Source of the DNA: an uncultured Rhodobacterales bacterium
GTDB taxonomy: Bacteria; Pseudomonadota; Alphaproteobacteria; Rhodobacterales; Rhodobacteraceae
DNA: 56,135 nt
Assembly: GCA_964476315.1 (NCBI GenBank)
Contig: CAYZAD010000002.1
Coordinates: 1-56,135 of the forward strand
Direction of reading: 5' to 3'
Part shown: piece by piece, positions 9,855 to 19,253 of the stretch
Position numbering within the stretch: position 1 is the stretch's first letter
How the letters are laid out: the number at the start of each line of letters is the position of its first letter
The notes under the pieces: model-generated
Database searches by the model: none
What the model was told of the DNA's origin: nothing
Seen by the model: the letters and a program-made list of their open reading frames with translations, nothing else
Program-made: the position numbers and the translations under genes

Positions 9855-10283
9855 ATGATGGATTCTCATGATGAACTCGATCCGGAGCGACGCGCCCTTT
9901 TGACCTCGGTTCTGGCGGGCGGAGCCATTTATGCGATGCCTGTTGTGGCGACCCTGGCGGCGTCGGATGCGATGGCCCAAACGGCCGGTGCTGGAAGCAG
10001 CCAGAGCAGCGAACCTGGCGGTGGGGCCGAGGGCAGTGAACCGTCCGGCAGCCAGAGTGGTGAGCCGACAGGCGGCCAGCCCGACGTGCCCGGCCAGCAG
10101 GGCCGTGGCCCCGACAATCGTCCGGCCGACCCCGGTGCGGGCGGCAGAGGGCGAAACACGGGTCGCAATCCATCGCACGGGGCGCAGTCCTCTGACGATG
10201 GTGGAATGGGGTCGCAATCCGAAGAGGCATCTGCGGGTCTTGGTCCCTTTTCGGCCTCTCAGATCGGCCAAGGCTTCGTTTGA
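9855..10283 (+). CDS. Putative precursor peptide / Tat-exported low-complexity protein (RR...YAMPVV leader, Ser/Gly-rich core)
   Basis: AGGAGG RBS at 9845-9850; ERRALL twin-Arg motif, YAMPVV, A-M-A|Q cleavage site, then repeated SQS(S/G)EP-type units. Confidence 0.75.
   Translation: MMDSHDELDPERRALLTSVLAGGAIYAMPVVATLAASDAMAQTAGAGSSQSSEPGGGAEGSEPSGSQSGEPTGGQPDVPGQQGRGPDNRPADPGAGGRGRNTGRNPSHGAQSSDDGGMGSQSEEASAGLGPFSASQIGQGFV
9999..10076 (+). repeat. Three imperfect in-frame peptide repeats SQSSEPGG / EGSEPSG / SQSGEPTGG
   Basis: Visible in protein and DNA (agccagagcagcgaacctggc vs agccagagtggtgagccgacaggc). Confidence 0.7.
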
Positions 10284-10291
10284 GTTAATCC

Positions 10292-10702
10292 TTGACCACG
10301 GTATTTACCGAAGGCGTTTTTGATCTGCTGCACGCCAACCACCTGCGGCTGCTTCACCAAGCACGTGCCATGGGGCATCGGCTGATCGTCGGTGTCACCC
10401 CGGATGAAGATGCAGCCGCCTACAAACGTCGGCCAATCCTGTCGCTTGAAGAACGGATGGACACGGTCCGCGCGACGGGTCTGGCGGACCTCGTGGTCAT
10501 TTGCCCAACGGCGAATGGGGCGAATTTGACTCAAGCTTTCCTGTCAGAACATGAAATTGATCTCGTTGTTTATGCCGGGGAGGGGTGGGACGATTTCTAT
10601 CGCGTTCCGACTGAGCTCGGGATCATGCGGCGTTTGCCCTATCGTGGCGGGATAAACACTTCTGCTATCGTGGATCGGATCCGGAAAAGAGACGATCTCT
10701 GA
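10292..10702 (+). CDS. HIGH-family cytidylyltransferase (glycerol-3-phosphate/choline/ethanolamine-phosphate CT-like)
   Basis: VFTEGVFDLLHANH (HxGH variant), LIVGVTPDE, KRRPILSLEER, LPYRGGINTS; TTG start 8 nt after the peptide gene stop. Confidence 0.88.
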   Translation: MTTVFTEGVFDLLHANHLRLLHQARAMGHRLIVGVTPDEDAAAYKRRPILSLEERMDTVRATGLADLVVICPTANGANLTQAFLSEHEIDLVVYAGEGWDDFYRVPTELGIMRRLPYRGGINTSAIVDRIRKRDDL

Positions 10703-11396
10703 CGGTGCTTGGATGTGCGCAAGGGTCGAAGCACATCGGCCCAAGCCGTCGGTCGCATTGCGACGCACAATAAACGCGGTGGCGGCCAAGATATCATTCC
10801 GAAAAGACACATGATGGTTTGCCAAGCGAAGGCAGGCTTTCTTGCATGCCGGTTTGAAGGGCTCGTGCTGTCGAAGGTCCTGTCCGGCTTTCCAAATGCG
10901 GGCAGGCCAAATCCAGTTTTGCCGAGGCGAGGAAAGACAACATGTCCGTCTCTGGACCAAATGCCTTTTGAAGTCGGATTTCTTGGGTCGCGGCGTGCTG
11001 GTCAGGTTCAAACATCACCGCTGTGACTGAACCACGGCACTACGGATGTGCGGAGAATTGCCCACGAAAACACGTCGCACGTCATTCCGCTACAAAAGCG
11101 GTCAAAGCCCGTGTATGTGACTGTCGGCTTTCTACAGGCGGAAGGCTGCAAGGTACGAAAATCAAAAAGATGACAGGCGATTTCGAAGGTCGGAGCATCC
11201 AGGTCGGCGGACACAGATAAGGCATTATCTGGTCATGCACAGGCCCTCGGAATTCCCCAAAAAAGACGTTTACGCACGCTAGTCAACTGGCTGGGCTCCT
11301 CCGGCTTTTGCAGACCAGCGCAGCAGTGACGCCAGCGGAGCCACACCGGCGCTTAACATCTGTCCGGTACGGTGAACCGTGAAAGAGGAGTAGAGC

Positions 11397-11864
11397 ATGA
11401 AATCCAGACTCACCTTGAGGCTTTCAGTGTTGTGTCTGACCTTGAGTTTTTTTGGAACACAGGCATCCGCTGACGTCAGCACGCGTCCGATGCAGGTTGC
11501 CACCGGCCCGGGCGGCAGTGTCGTGGAATATGCCAAACGCGTTTCGAAAGCACGGCTTGGCGGTCACGCTGTCACGTTCCGAGGGCGGTGCGGATCAGCG
11601 TGCACATTGTTCCTGGCCTTGCCGACATCCGATATATGCATAACGCCGGGCGCCTCGTTTCAATTCCATCGTCCCTACGGTGCATCCAAGGAATTCAATG
11701 CATGGGCTGAGGAATTCATGCTTGGGAATTATCCCCCGTGGGTTCGACGCTGGATCGAGGATCGAGGCGGTTTGAGCCATCGTTTGCTGCGTATGGACTA
11801 TTCCTATGCAGCCAAGTTCATACCGACATGCCGGACAGCATCAGTGCGGCATCGACATTCCTGA
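11397..11864 (+). CDS. Secreted hypothetical protein (ClpP/crotonase-like motif)
   Basis: GAGGAG RBS; signal peptide ASA-D; GPGGSV, GRCGSACTLFL, PGASFQFHRP motifs typical of a small alphaproteobacterial family. Confidence 0.75.
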   Translation: MKSRLTLRLSVLCLTLSFFGTQASADVSTRPMQVATGPGGSVVEYAKRVSKARLGGHAVTFRGRCGSACTLFLALPTSDICITPGASFQFHRPYGASKEFNAWAEEFMLGNYPPWVRRWIEDRGGLSHRLLRMDYSYAAKFIPTCRTASVRHRHS

Positions 11865-12217
11865 CGGCAGGCGGGGTGGCCGACGTCATCCCGTGATGCT
11901 TTCATTCCACCGTCAGGCGCCATGTCCAATTGCATGCGTAGAGTGTGCGACTCCCGAGTATGGCGCAATGGTCTGACATCCGGTTTCACTTGGTGACAGC
12001 AAAATGAGTTTCATTGACAACGTCATTGAAGTGACTGATCTTAATCACATAGCTGGTGAGGGAGAGGGCTTGCTTGGAAGTTGAATACCCGTTCTGGAGC
12101 GCGAATGCATATGAAATGCGTCTGTGCTGTTGAGGACGGATTGGTCGGCACAAGCACGCTTGAAGGATGGTTTTTCATCGACCCGAATTGGCATCATGAA
12201 CGCAATGCGAAAAATTT

Positions 12218-14374
12218 GTGGCAAATGATATTCAGACCGATCGCGAAGCAGTGAATCCTGGCCCAGAGCACTTTGACATCGTCCTTTTCGCGGATCTTGC
12301 CCGGGAAAGTGACGCGGGGCTGAGGATCCGCAGAGAACTCCAGGTTTTTGCGCGCAAGGGCTACCGATGCGGTTTGCGGCATCTTCCAAGGGGCGGGCGG
12401 CCCATTCTTCCGGATATTCAAAGATGTGTCCGCGAAGGACTGGCGCAACCGATTGCGCCGAATGCCAAAATTCACGCGAGACTTGCAATCGTGCATGCGC
12501 CGGGTTTGCTGAAAGAGCCGGTTGATGGGCTGACCGGAATGTCCGCGGACAAGGTGCTTCTTGTTGTTGATCGCGCGCCCAAGCCGGAACAGATGGGGCA
12601 TTGGTTCAGTTTCAATTTTGGACCGATGCAATGGGTTCCTACAAATCGATGGGTGCGTGGCAAACTGGAAGAGATGCCCTTCCCAATCGAGATCGAAGCC
12701 GAGGATTGGCGGTCCGTTGCAAGGCCATGTCGCGAGCGGCCGACTGATGCGCCGGTTCGTCTGCGGCCAGTGGTCGGGCGCGTGAGCGCGTCCGGCATTG
12801 CGCAGTGGCCGAAGCTGAAATCGGAAGTGTCATCGCTTTATCCCGGCAAGGCACCGTTTGATTTTTGGGTGCTGGGCAGCGTGCCCGAAGATTTCCGGAA
12901 AGAGCATTCCTCGACCCGTAGCTGGACCGTACTTTCACCTGACGACATTTCCGTTGAACGGTTCATCGAAGCGCTGGATGTTTTCATGTATTTCACCAGC
13001 GCACAGACACCGGAATTGCCAGAGGCCGCGATTTCGACAGCGATGGCGTCTGGAAAAATCGTTGTATTGCCTCCTCATCTGCGCGCGCATTTCGGGCCCG
13101 GCGCCTTGTACGCCGAACCGACGGAGGCTTTGTCCAAACTGACGGCGCTGCTTGAGGATGAAGCGGCGCTTGCAGACCTGCGGGCAGAGGCGTTGCGGTA
13201 TTGCGATCTGCTTTTTTCCGAAGACAGGCTGTTGTCCCGAGTGGAAGGGCTGCTTGGACCCGCGGCCGCGTCGTTGGGGACGCCGCCAGTTTCACAGGCT
13301 CGAAAACGCGCCCTGTTCGTGCCCTCCAACGGTATCGGTTTGGGTCACACAACGCGGATGTTGGCCGTGGCGCGCCGCCTGGACGATGCCGTTGAACCGG
13401 TCTTCGCGTGTCTGGGGCAGGCCAGTTCCGTCATTGAATCGTTTGGCTACACCGCAGAATACATTCCGTCCTACACCGATATCGGTGCGAATATCTCGGA
13501 TTGGGATGACTGGTTCCGCTTTGAACTGCAGGATGTGATTGCCCGGCACAGACCGGATGTCGTTGTGTATGACGGAAATAACCCGACACCGGGATTGGTA
13601 AACGCAGCATTGGCGCACGGAGAGTGCCGCCTGATCTGGATGCGTCGCGGCATGTGCCCTGTCAAACCATCGCCGTATCTTGCGAACGCGCGTTTCTTTG
13701 ACTGCGTTCTGGAGCCTGGTGAGGTTGCGGCAGAACGCGACGTCGGGGCAACGGCGGCACTGAAGGACCAGGTGGTGTCATTGCCGCCAGTGCGTTTGCT
13801 GGAGGCAGACGAATTGCTGAGCAAGCCTGATGCGATGCAGCAACTGGGCCTTTCATCGGATCGCCCCGCGGTTCTTTTGCAACTGGGTGCGGGGGGCAAT
13901 CGCGACGTGATCGATCTGCTGGACAGATTGATCATGTACCTGCGTCGATTTGAAGACCTTCAGATTGTGATTGCCGAATGGAGCAACGGGGCCGTTCATC
14001 TTCCCAGATGGCCGGATACAAAGATTTTGCGTGCCTTCCCCATCAGCCGCTATTTCAACGCATTCGATTTCTCGATTTCGGCCGCCGGATACAACACGTA
14101 TCATGAAGTCATCGCGTTTCAGCTGCCGACGATATTCGTGGCGAACCGCCACCCTTCGATGGATGATCAGGGGGCACGCGCCGAATTTGCCCAGGAACAC
14201 AGTTTTGGCTTCGATCTGACCGACGAGGAAATGCACCTGCTGACCCCGTTGTGCGAAGCGATGCTGAACCCGCAGGCCAATGCGTTTCTCAGGCAGAACT
14301 GCCGCGCTTTCGACCAAACCAATGGCGCGCTTCAAGCGGCTGAATTGATCAAGAGAATGATAGGTGTGACATGA
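12218..14374 (+). CDS. Two-domain glycosyltransferase (N-terminal degenerate GT-B-like domain; C-terminal MurG/GT28-like domain)
   Basis: ALFVPSNGIGLGHTTRMLAVAR, VLLQLGAGG, FDFSISAAGYNTYHE, PTIFVAN..MDDQGARA; N-domain has FMYF..PEL..AMASGKIVVLPP. Confidence 0.82.
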   Translation: MANDIQTDREAVNPGPEHFDIVLFADLARESDAGLRIRRELQVFARKGYRCGLRHLPRGGRPILPDIQRCVREGLAQPIAPNAKIHARLAIVHAPGLLKEPVDGLTGMSADKVLLVVDRAPKPEQMGHWFSFNFGPMQWVPTNRWVRGKLEEMPFPIEIEAEDWRSVARPCRERPTDAPVRLRPVVGRVSASGIAQWPKLKSEVSSLYPGKAPFDFWVLGSVPEDFRKEHSSTRSWTVLSPDDISVERFIEALDVFMYFTSAQTPELPEAAISTAMASGKIVVLPPHLRAHFGPGALYAEPTEALSKLTALLEDEAALADLRAEALRYCDLLFSEDRLLSRVEGLLGPAAASLGTPPVSQARKRALFVPSNGIGLGHTTRMLAVARRLDDAVEPVFACLGQASSVIESFGYTAEYIPSYTDIGANISDWDDWFRFELQDVIARHRPDVVVYDGNNPTPGLVNAALAHGECRLIWMRRGMCPVKPSPYLANARFFDCVLEPGEVAAERDVGATAALKDQVVSLPPVRLLEADELLSKPDAMQQLGLSSDRPAVLLQLGAGGNRDVIDLLDRLIMYLRRFEDLQIVIAEWSNGAVHLPRWPDTKILRAFPISRYFNAFDFSISAAGYNTYHEVIAFQLPTIFVANRHPSMDDQGARAEFAQEHSFGFDLTDEEMHLLTPLCEAMLNPQANAFLRQNCRAFDQTNGALQAAELIKRMIGVT

Positions 14375-17300
14375 GCCGTTCAGGTTCGAACAAGACGACC
14401 GGCGCCACATCCCGGTCTTCAATCGATAATGGTCAGGACTACCGGATCGCCAATATCTATCAGCGTCTGGATGAAAAGGCCCGCGAAGACAGTCTTGTCG
14501 AAATTTCCTGGTCGACGACGCGCAGGCCCGATGTTGCTGCGCCCCCCCAACCGCTATCCGATGAACTGGGCGATGCCTGGCCAACGGCATCGGCCCCGCG
14601 AAAAGTGCTCAAACCGCGCCCGGGATTCTCTGCCCCGACGGTGGCCGAGCGAAGCGCAACAGTGTTCGTCTGCCTTTTTGGTCTCACGCCCGAAAAGATC
14701 GAGGCTGCTGTCGCTGTCATCGAGCGCCGTTACCGCGCCACGCGTGATTTCCGGCCGCTTTTCTTGACGGATCAATCGAACAACACACCCATCCGACATG
14801 CCGGGTTTTCGTACGAATATTTTCCGCCGGCGATCTATGGCAGCGAGGACAGCGCAGGCCTGTTCCAAAAACGCTTTCACCGGCTCTGGCAGAAGTGGAA
14901 GGGTGACAATCTCATCGATTTCAGCACGTCTGGCTATCTCGCGCAGCGTCTGGAAGACATGGATCAATTCATCAAAGACGAACAGGTCGTCGGGAAACGC
15001 TTCAATCCGCGCAAAAAGAAATCGGGACCATTTCGAAAACCGACAACGGACGTTATCGCCCTCCGCGCAGATTATGTCTCCTCCGGGCTTGACGCGGTGC
15101 CTGATACATTCGTGCTCTACCGTATTCTTGGCAACGATCTGCCTCCGCGCCACGAAGTGGGTCAGACGCTCACGAATTTGCGGTTTCTTCTGGACCACGA
15201 ACCAGAACTCGCATCCTGCGAAAAACGTTGGGTGGTCAACCGGATTGTCGATCCCGAGCAGGAGGCGGCCATCATCGCGTTGTTGGAAGACCGCAATCAG
15301 CCCTACCTTCATATACCGTTTGTTCTTGAGGAATACGCGCAGGCGAATTGGGACCTCGCCAGCTTTCCCGGGGATGCGTTCTTTCTGCGCGGACACTACC
15401 ATGACATGCACGAGTATGACCAATTGCGTGCAGAGGCGCATGTCCGTCGCTTCAAGAACAATTACCTGATCCACAACAACGGCGCGCGCAACGCCGCCCT
15501 GCGTGATGGGCGCGACCGGGCCAAGTGGGTTCTGCCATGGGATGGCAACTGTTTTCTGACGGAAGGGGCTTGGTCTGAAATCGTCGAAAGCGTCACCACC
15601 AAGCCGTATCTCAAGTATTTCACGGTGCCGATGTCGCGCACCATCGACAATGACGACCTCTTGCAGCCGGATTATCGACCGGATGCCGATGAAGAGCCGC
15701 AAATCCTGTTTCGGCGCGATGCGGAAGAAGAGTTCAACGAGAACTTCTACTATGGACGGCGCCCAAAGGTGGAATTGTTCTACCGCCTTGGCATCCCCGG
15801 CAAATGGGATGACTGGCCCGATGATGTCTGGGACCTGCCGCGCGCACCGAGGTCCGAGGATGCGGGAACCAGCGGCGAGGCCGGTTGGGTGGCTCGGCTG
15901 TTCTCTGGCCAGAAGGAATTGGAAGCCGACAAAACCATGGGTCTGAGAAATCGTGGCGAAGCGCGCATTGCGGCCATCACCGCCATGCTTGACCGACATG
16001 ACGTGGCAGCCCTGAGCCTGACATACAGTCCGGACAACCTGACGGCCTACGACGAAGCGGCTGTGACCGCTTTGCCGGAAGCAGCGTCCGGATCGCCCGA
16101 ACACCAGGTTTTCGACCGTCTGGTCTTGGAAGCCGATCTCGCCTTGCAGCGCGGCCCTTACTCGGTCGTGGACAAGACATCAGTGCCGCCAAGCGGGGAC
16201 AAGCACGACTATTACCACCCCGCGCCGTATTGGTGGCCAAATCCTGCAACGCCCAGTGGCATGCCGTTCCAGTTTCGGGATGGGGAACGCATTCCCGGTA
16301 CGCGATTGTACGAACCCGAAAGCGCTCTGTACGACAGAACACGACTGCAGCGCATGTTCGACGATACCACGGTCCTTGCACTTGGGTGGCTGGCAACACG
16401 CGAAAGCAGGTATATCGAGCACGCGGCCAAGCTGATCCGGACATGGTTTCTGGATGAAACCACCAGGATGAACCCACATCTGCTGTATTCGCAGGTGCGG
16501 TCCCAGACCATCAACGATGTCGGGGCAAAATCAGGTCTGATCGAGATGAAGGACCTGTATTACCTCTTGGATGCCGCGCGTCTTGTGGAACGGGCGGGGT
16601 GCCTGTCTTCCGAAGAGCAGACCAGATTGCGCGATTGGCTGAAAGAGTACCTTGAGTGGCTGCAAACCAGCGATCAAGGCACCGAAGAACGCCTTACAAA
16701 CAACAACCACGGGACCTGTTTTGACCTTCAGACCGGTGCGATTGCCGCCTTTCTGGGTGACATGGAGCTTTTGGAAAAAACCTTCTTCGCAAGCCGTCAG
16801 CGCATCCTTGAACAGTTCACGCGCGATGGCCAGCAACCGCACGAGATGACGCGCACCCAAACGGCGCATTACTGCTGTTTCAACCTGCAATGCTGGATCA
16901 ATCTGGCAACATTGGCCGATGCCTGCGGCCATGATCTTTGGTCCTTCGAAGGCAAAGACGGTCGTGGCCTGGCGCAAGCATTCGCGTGGCTGCTGCCGCA
17001 TCTGTCTCGGGCAACCTGGAAGTACAAACAGATCGAACCCTTTGATCGCGGTCGGTTCTTGCCGATTTTCTATACCGCGCGTTCCTTGGCTTCCGATCAA
17101 GGCAGTTTGCACATGACAGAGCCAAGTCAGGCGCGTCCGGTATTCTTTGCGCATGACGGGATCAAACCGTTCTGGATGCTGACACGTGCGCCGTCAGCAA
17201 AGCCCGAAACATCAAACTGGAAATCAGTGTCGGGGCTTCTGAATAAGCTTGAGCAGCCTGTCGCGGAGCTTTGTAAAGGGACGGCTTTTGCGAAGCGAGG

Positions 17301-18999
17301 CGGATCGGACGCGCGCGAACTGGACAAAAAGCTGTGGGGCGGGTTTTCCCAGAGCGCGAAGCAGGAGCTTACCATCCTGCGCGATGGGTTTGACATTGAT
17401 CCGAAGGAGCGCACGCGCGCTGCGCGGACGCTGGCACGATGGTCATTCGTGCAGGGCGATTTGCAGGACGTTCTGTCAAACACCGAGGCCATGTCCGAAC
17501 TGGGTGTCACCGGCGAAAGAGAACGCGCCTTGCTGCGCGCCTATTGTCTTGACGAACTCGGTCAGCCCGAGGTCGCTGCGGCCGAGCTGGAGGCCCCGCT
17601 CGCGCAGTTCCTGAACGATGCCAACCTGTTTTTCGCGCAGGCGAATGTCGTGCGCTCAAGTCCGAACAAGGGGGGCGCGTCGGACGCATGGGGGGGATGG
17701 ATCAATCGCATCTATCGCTTGAACAAGATGCCTGATCTGGTCGGGGACGCACCCCAGATCGATTTTGTTGCGCCGCAGGCAAGCGCGCTCTTTCCGGAAC
17801 ATGACGGCTTTGACACGCATGTCACGGCTATCTTGACCATCGAAAACAGCGCATCCGCCTGGGAACAGGCGTTGCGGTCGCTTCAAAATCAAACATGGCG
17901 CAATATGACGATCGTCATCGCGCAGTGTTCAGGTGACCGGTCATTCAAGCAGAAGCTGGAAGACAGGGCAGGGGCGGATCCGCGACTGAAAATCGTTGAT
18001 ATTCCGCAGGATACCCCCGCCTCTGTGATGCGGAATACCGCTCTTGATGCGGTGGAAGGCATGTTTGTCGTCTTCCAGGCCGCAGATGAATATGCGCATC
18101 CCTCCAAGATCGCAGAGCAAGTGAAGGCGTTTCACGATGATGAAACGCAGTGTGCCATTTCTCAATCCATGCGCATGCGCGAAGACGGACATGTGATCGC
18201 AGAGTGGTCACCTGACTTCCGCTTGATTACGGATCACGCGGCGGGTGCAATGTTCAGAACCGAAGCGCTTCGGCACCTTGGTGGCTGGGACAGCGTCTAT
18301 GGCAATGCAGAGGCTTTCCTGCTTTGGCGCCTCAAGAAGAGCATGGGGCAGGAGGCCGTGACCACCGTACGTACGGGAATGCCGTTGACCGTTCTGCTGG
18401 ACGCGGTTGAGACACAAAGGCCTGCGCATCTGGAGTTTCCCTTCGGACAGCTGCGCAATGATTTCCGCGCATTGTTGCGTAGAGAGAAACGCGCGAATGA
18501 CGAAGTCGTACCCGCACAAGATGCAGCACCACGTGTGATTCCCCCGTATGATTCGGTATCACGTGGTCTTTGCGATGTGTTTGATACGGTTTTTGTCGGT
18601 GATTTCTCGTCACAGGGAGCGGCCATCGAACAACTTTCTGCGTTGCTTTCAGCGTCCGTGCAAAGCCATCAAACGGCTGGTTTGTTCCATTGGCCGGACT
18701 ATGACACGACGTGGGGCGATGACCTGGAACAAGGGATCGCCGACTTGGTAGATGCCGGCGCTCTGCGCCAGATCAGCGCTTTCGAAAGTGTAAAAACGCA
18801 ACGGCTTGTCTTGTGTAACCCGTTTGTGGTGCACCACCAAATCGATGGTTATCCGATCATCGAAGCTCAACATATTGACGTGTTGTTCGGGCCGGAATTC
18901 CATGTAGCCGAGTTTGACGACGGGCTTAAAGTGAGCTTGCCGACGCAAAACACGCTTGAACAGCACTTCAATATGCCCGTTCACTGGAAAACGCTTTAG
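14371..18999 (+). CDS. 1542-aa multidomain protein: GT-A-like domain + alginate/glucuronan lyase (PF05426/PL38-like) domain + helical repeats + degenerate GT2 domain
   Basis: Lyase motifs GDKHDYYHPAPYWWPNP..RDGE, WFLDETTRMNPHL, NNHGT, QPHEMTRT..HYCCFNL; GT2-like LRSLQNQTWRN..RNTAL..YAHPSKI..Q; ATGA overlap with the upstream GT. Confidence 0.8.
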   Translation: MSRSGSNKTTGATSRSSIDNGQDYRIANIYQRLDEKAREDSLVEISWSTTRRPDVAAPPQPLSDELGDAWPTASAPRKVLKPRPGFSAPTVAERSATVFVCLFGLTPEKIEAAVAVIERRYRATRDFRPLFLTDQSNNTPIRHAGFSYEYFPPAIYGSEDSAGLFQKRFHRLWQKWKGDNLIDFSTSGYLAQRLEDMDQFIKDEQVVGKRFNPRKKKSGPFRKPTTDVIALRADYVSSGLDAVPDTFVLYRILGNDLPPRHEVGQTLTNLRFLLDHEPELASCEKRWVVNRIVDPEQEAAIIALLEDRNQPYLHIPFVLEEYAQANWDLASFPGDAFFLRGHYHDMHEYDQLRAEAHVRRFKNNYLIHNNGARNAALRDGRDRAKWVLPWDGNCFLTEGAWSEIVESVTTKPYLKYFTVPMSRTIDNDDLLQPDYRPDADEEPQILFRRDAEEEFNENFYYGRRPKVELFYRLGIPGKWDDWPDDVWDLPRAPRSEDAGTSGEAGWVARLFSGQKELEADKTMGLRNRGEARIAAITAMLDRHDVAALSLTYSPDNLTAYDEAAVTALPEAASGSPEHQVFDRLVLEADLALQRGPYSVVDKTSVPPSGDKHDYYHPAPYWWPNPATPSGMPFQFRDGERIPGTRLYEPESALYDRTRLQRMFDDTTVLALGWLATRESRYIEHAAKLIRTWFLDETTRMNPHLLYSQVRSQTINDVGAKSGLIEMKDLYYLLDAARLVERAGCLSSEEQTRLRDWLKEYLEWLQTSDQGTEERLTNNNHGTCFDLQTGAIAAFLGDMELLEKTFFASRQRILEQFTRDGQQPHEMTRTQTAHYCCFNLQCWINLATLADACGHDLWSFEGKDGRGLAQAFAWLLPHLSRATWKYKQIEPFDRGRFLPIFYTARSLASDQGSLHMTEPSQARPVFFAHDGIKPFWMLTRAPSAKPETSNWKSVSGLLNKLEQPVAELCKGTAFAKRGGSDARELDKKLWGGFSQSAKQELTILRDGFDIDPKERTRAARTLARWSFVQGDLQDVLSNTEAMSELGVTGERERALLRAYCLDELGQPEVAAAELEAPLAQFLNDANLFFAQANVVRSSPNKGGASDAWGGWINRIYRLNKMPDLVGDAPQIDFVAPQASALFPEHDGFDTHVTAILTIENSASAWEQALRSLQNQTWRNMTIVIAQCSGDRSFKQKLEDRAGADPRLKIVDIPQDTPASVMRNTALDAVEGMFVVFQAADEYAHPSKIAEQVKAFHDDETQCAISQSMRMREDGHVIAEWSPDFRLITDHAAGAMFRTEALRHLGGWDSVYGNAEAFLLWRLKKSMGQEAVTTVRTGMPLTVLLDAVETQRPAHLEFPFGQLRNDFRALLRREKRANDEVVPAQDAAPRVIPPYDSVSRGLCDVFDTVFVGDFSSQGAAIEQLSALLSASVQSHQTAGLFHWPDYDTTWGDDLEQGIADLVDAGALRQISAFESVKTQRLVLCNPFVVHHQIDGYPIIEAQHIDVLFGPEFHVAEFDDGLKVSLPTQNTLEQHFNMPVHWKTL

Positions 19000-19253
19000 A
19001 AACCTTGAGTTGAATTATTAAGAATTCGCGCTCGCTTTGGTGGTGTCTTGCGGCGTCTTTTTCAGTGCCGGATTCCGGGCGAAATCCCAACATTTTCTTT
19101 TACTGGGTAAGGTTACCCAACAGAGTTGATGTCCATTTCATGTTGCTATTAAGGCGCTTTTGTGGCAAAAATCCGCCGACGGGGGTGTTGTGGCTCTTGC
19201 ACTGTGCATGACAGCTTTGATGCGCCTTGGCATGGGAATGATTGGGTTAAATT

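Noticed and set aside
9855-10283. Lasso peptide precursor
   Set aside because: Has a YxxP motif, but no lasso cyclase or B2 peptidase is nearby and the core is far too long and repetitive
10709-11220. Short ORFs between the cytidylyltransferase and the secreted protein as extra cassette members
   Set aside because: No clear RBS, atypical composition and no motifs
11280-11396. Possible structured leader or riboswitch (GGCTCC...GGAGCC pairing) upstream of the secreted protein
   Set aside because: Only a short complementary pair; I could not match it to any riboswitch consensus by eye, and an Rfam/Infernal scan would be needed
12014-12027. TTGACAACGTCAT as another FNR box
   Set aside because: Spacer is 3 nt instead of 4 and the site lies outside the island; may simply be a -35 element
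14554-16104. Long antisense ORFs (also 30032-31420, 31093-32682, 36676-38004, 44197-45546, 46143-47306)
   Set aside because: They lie opposite well-supported genes, are expected in GC-rich DNA and have no recognisable motifs
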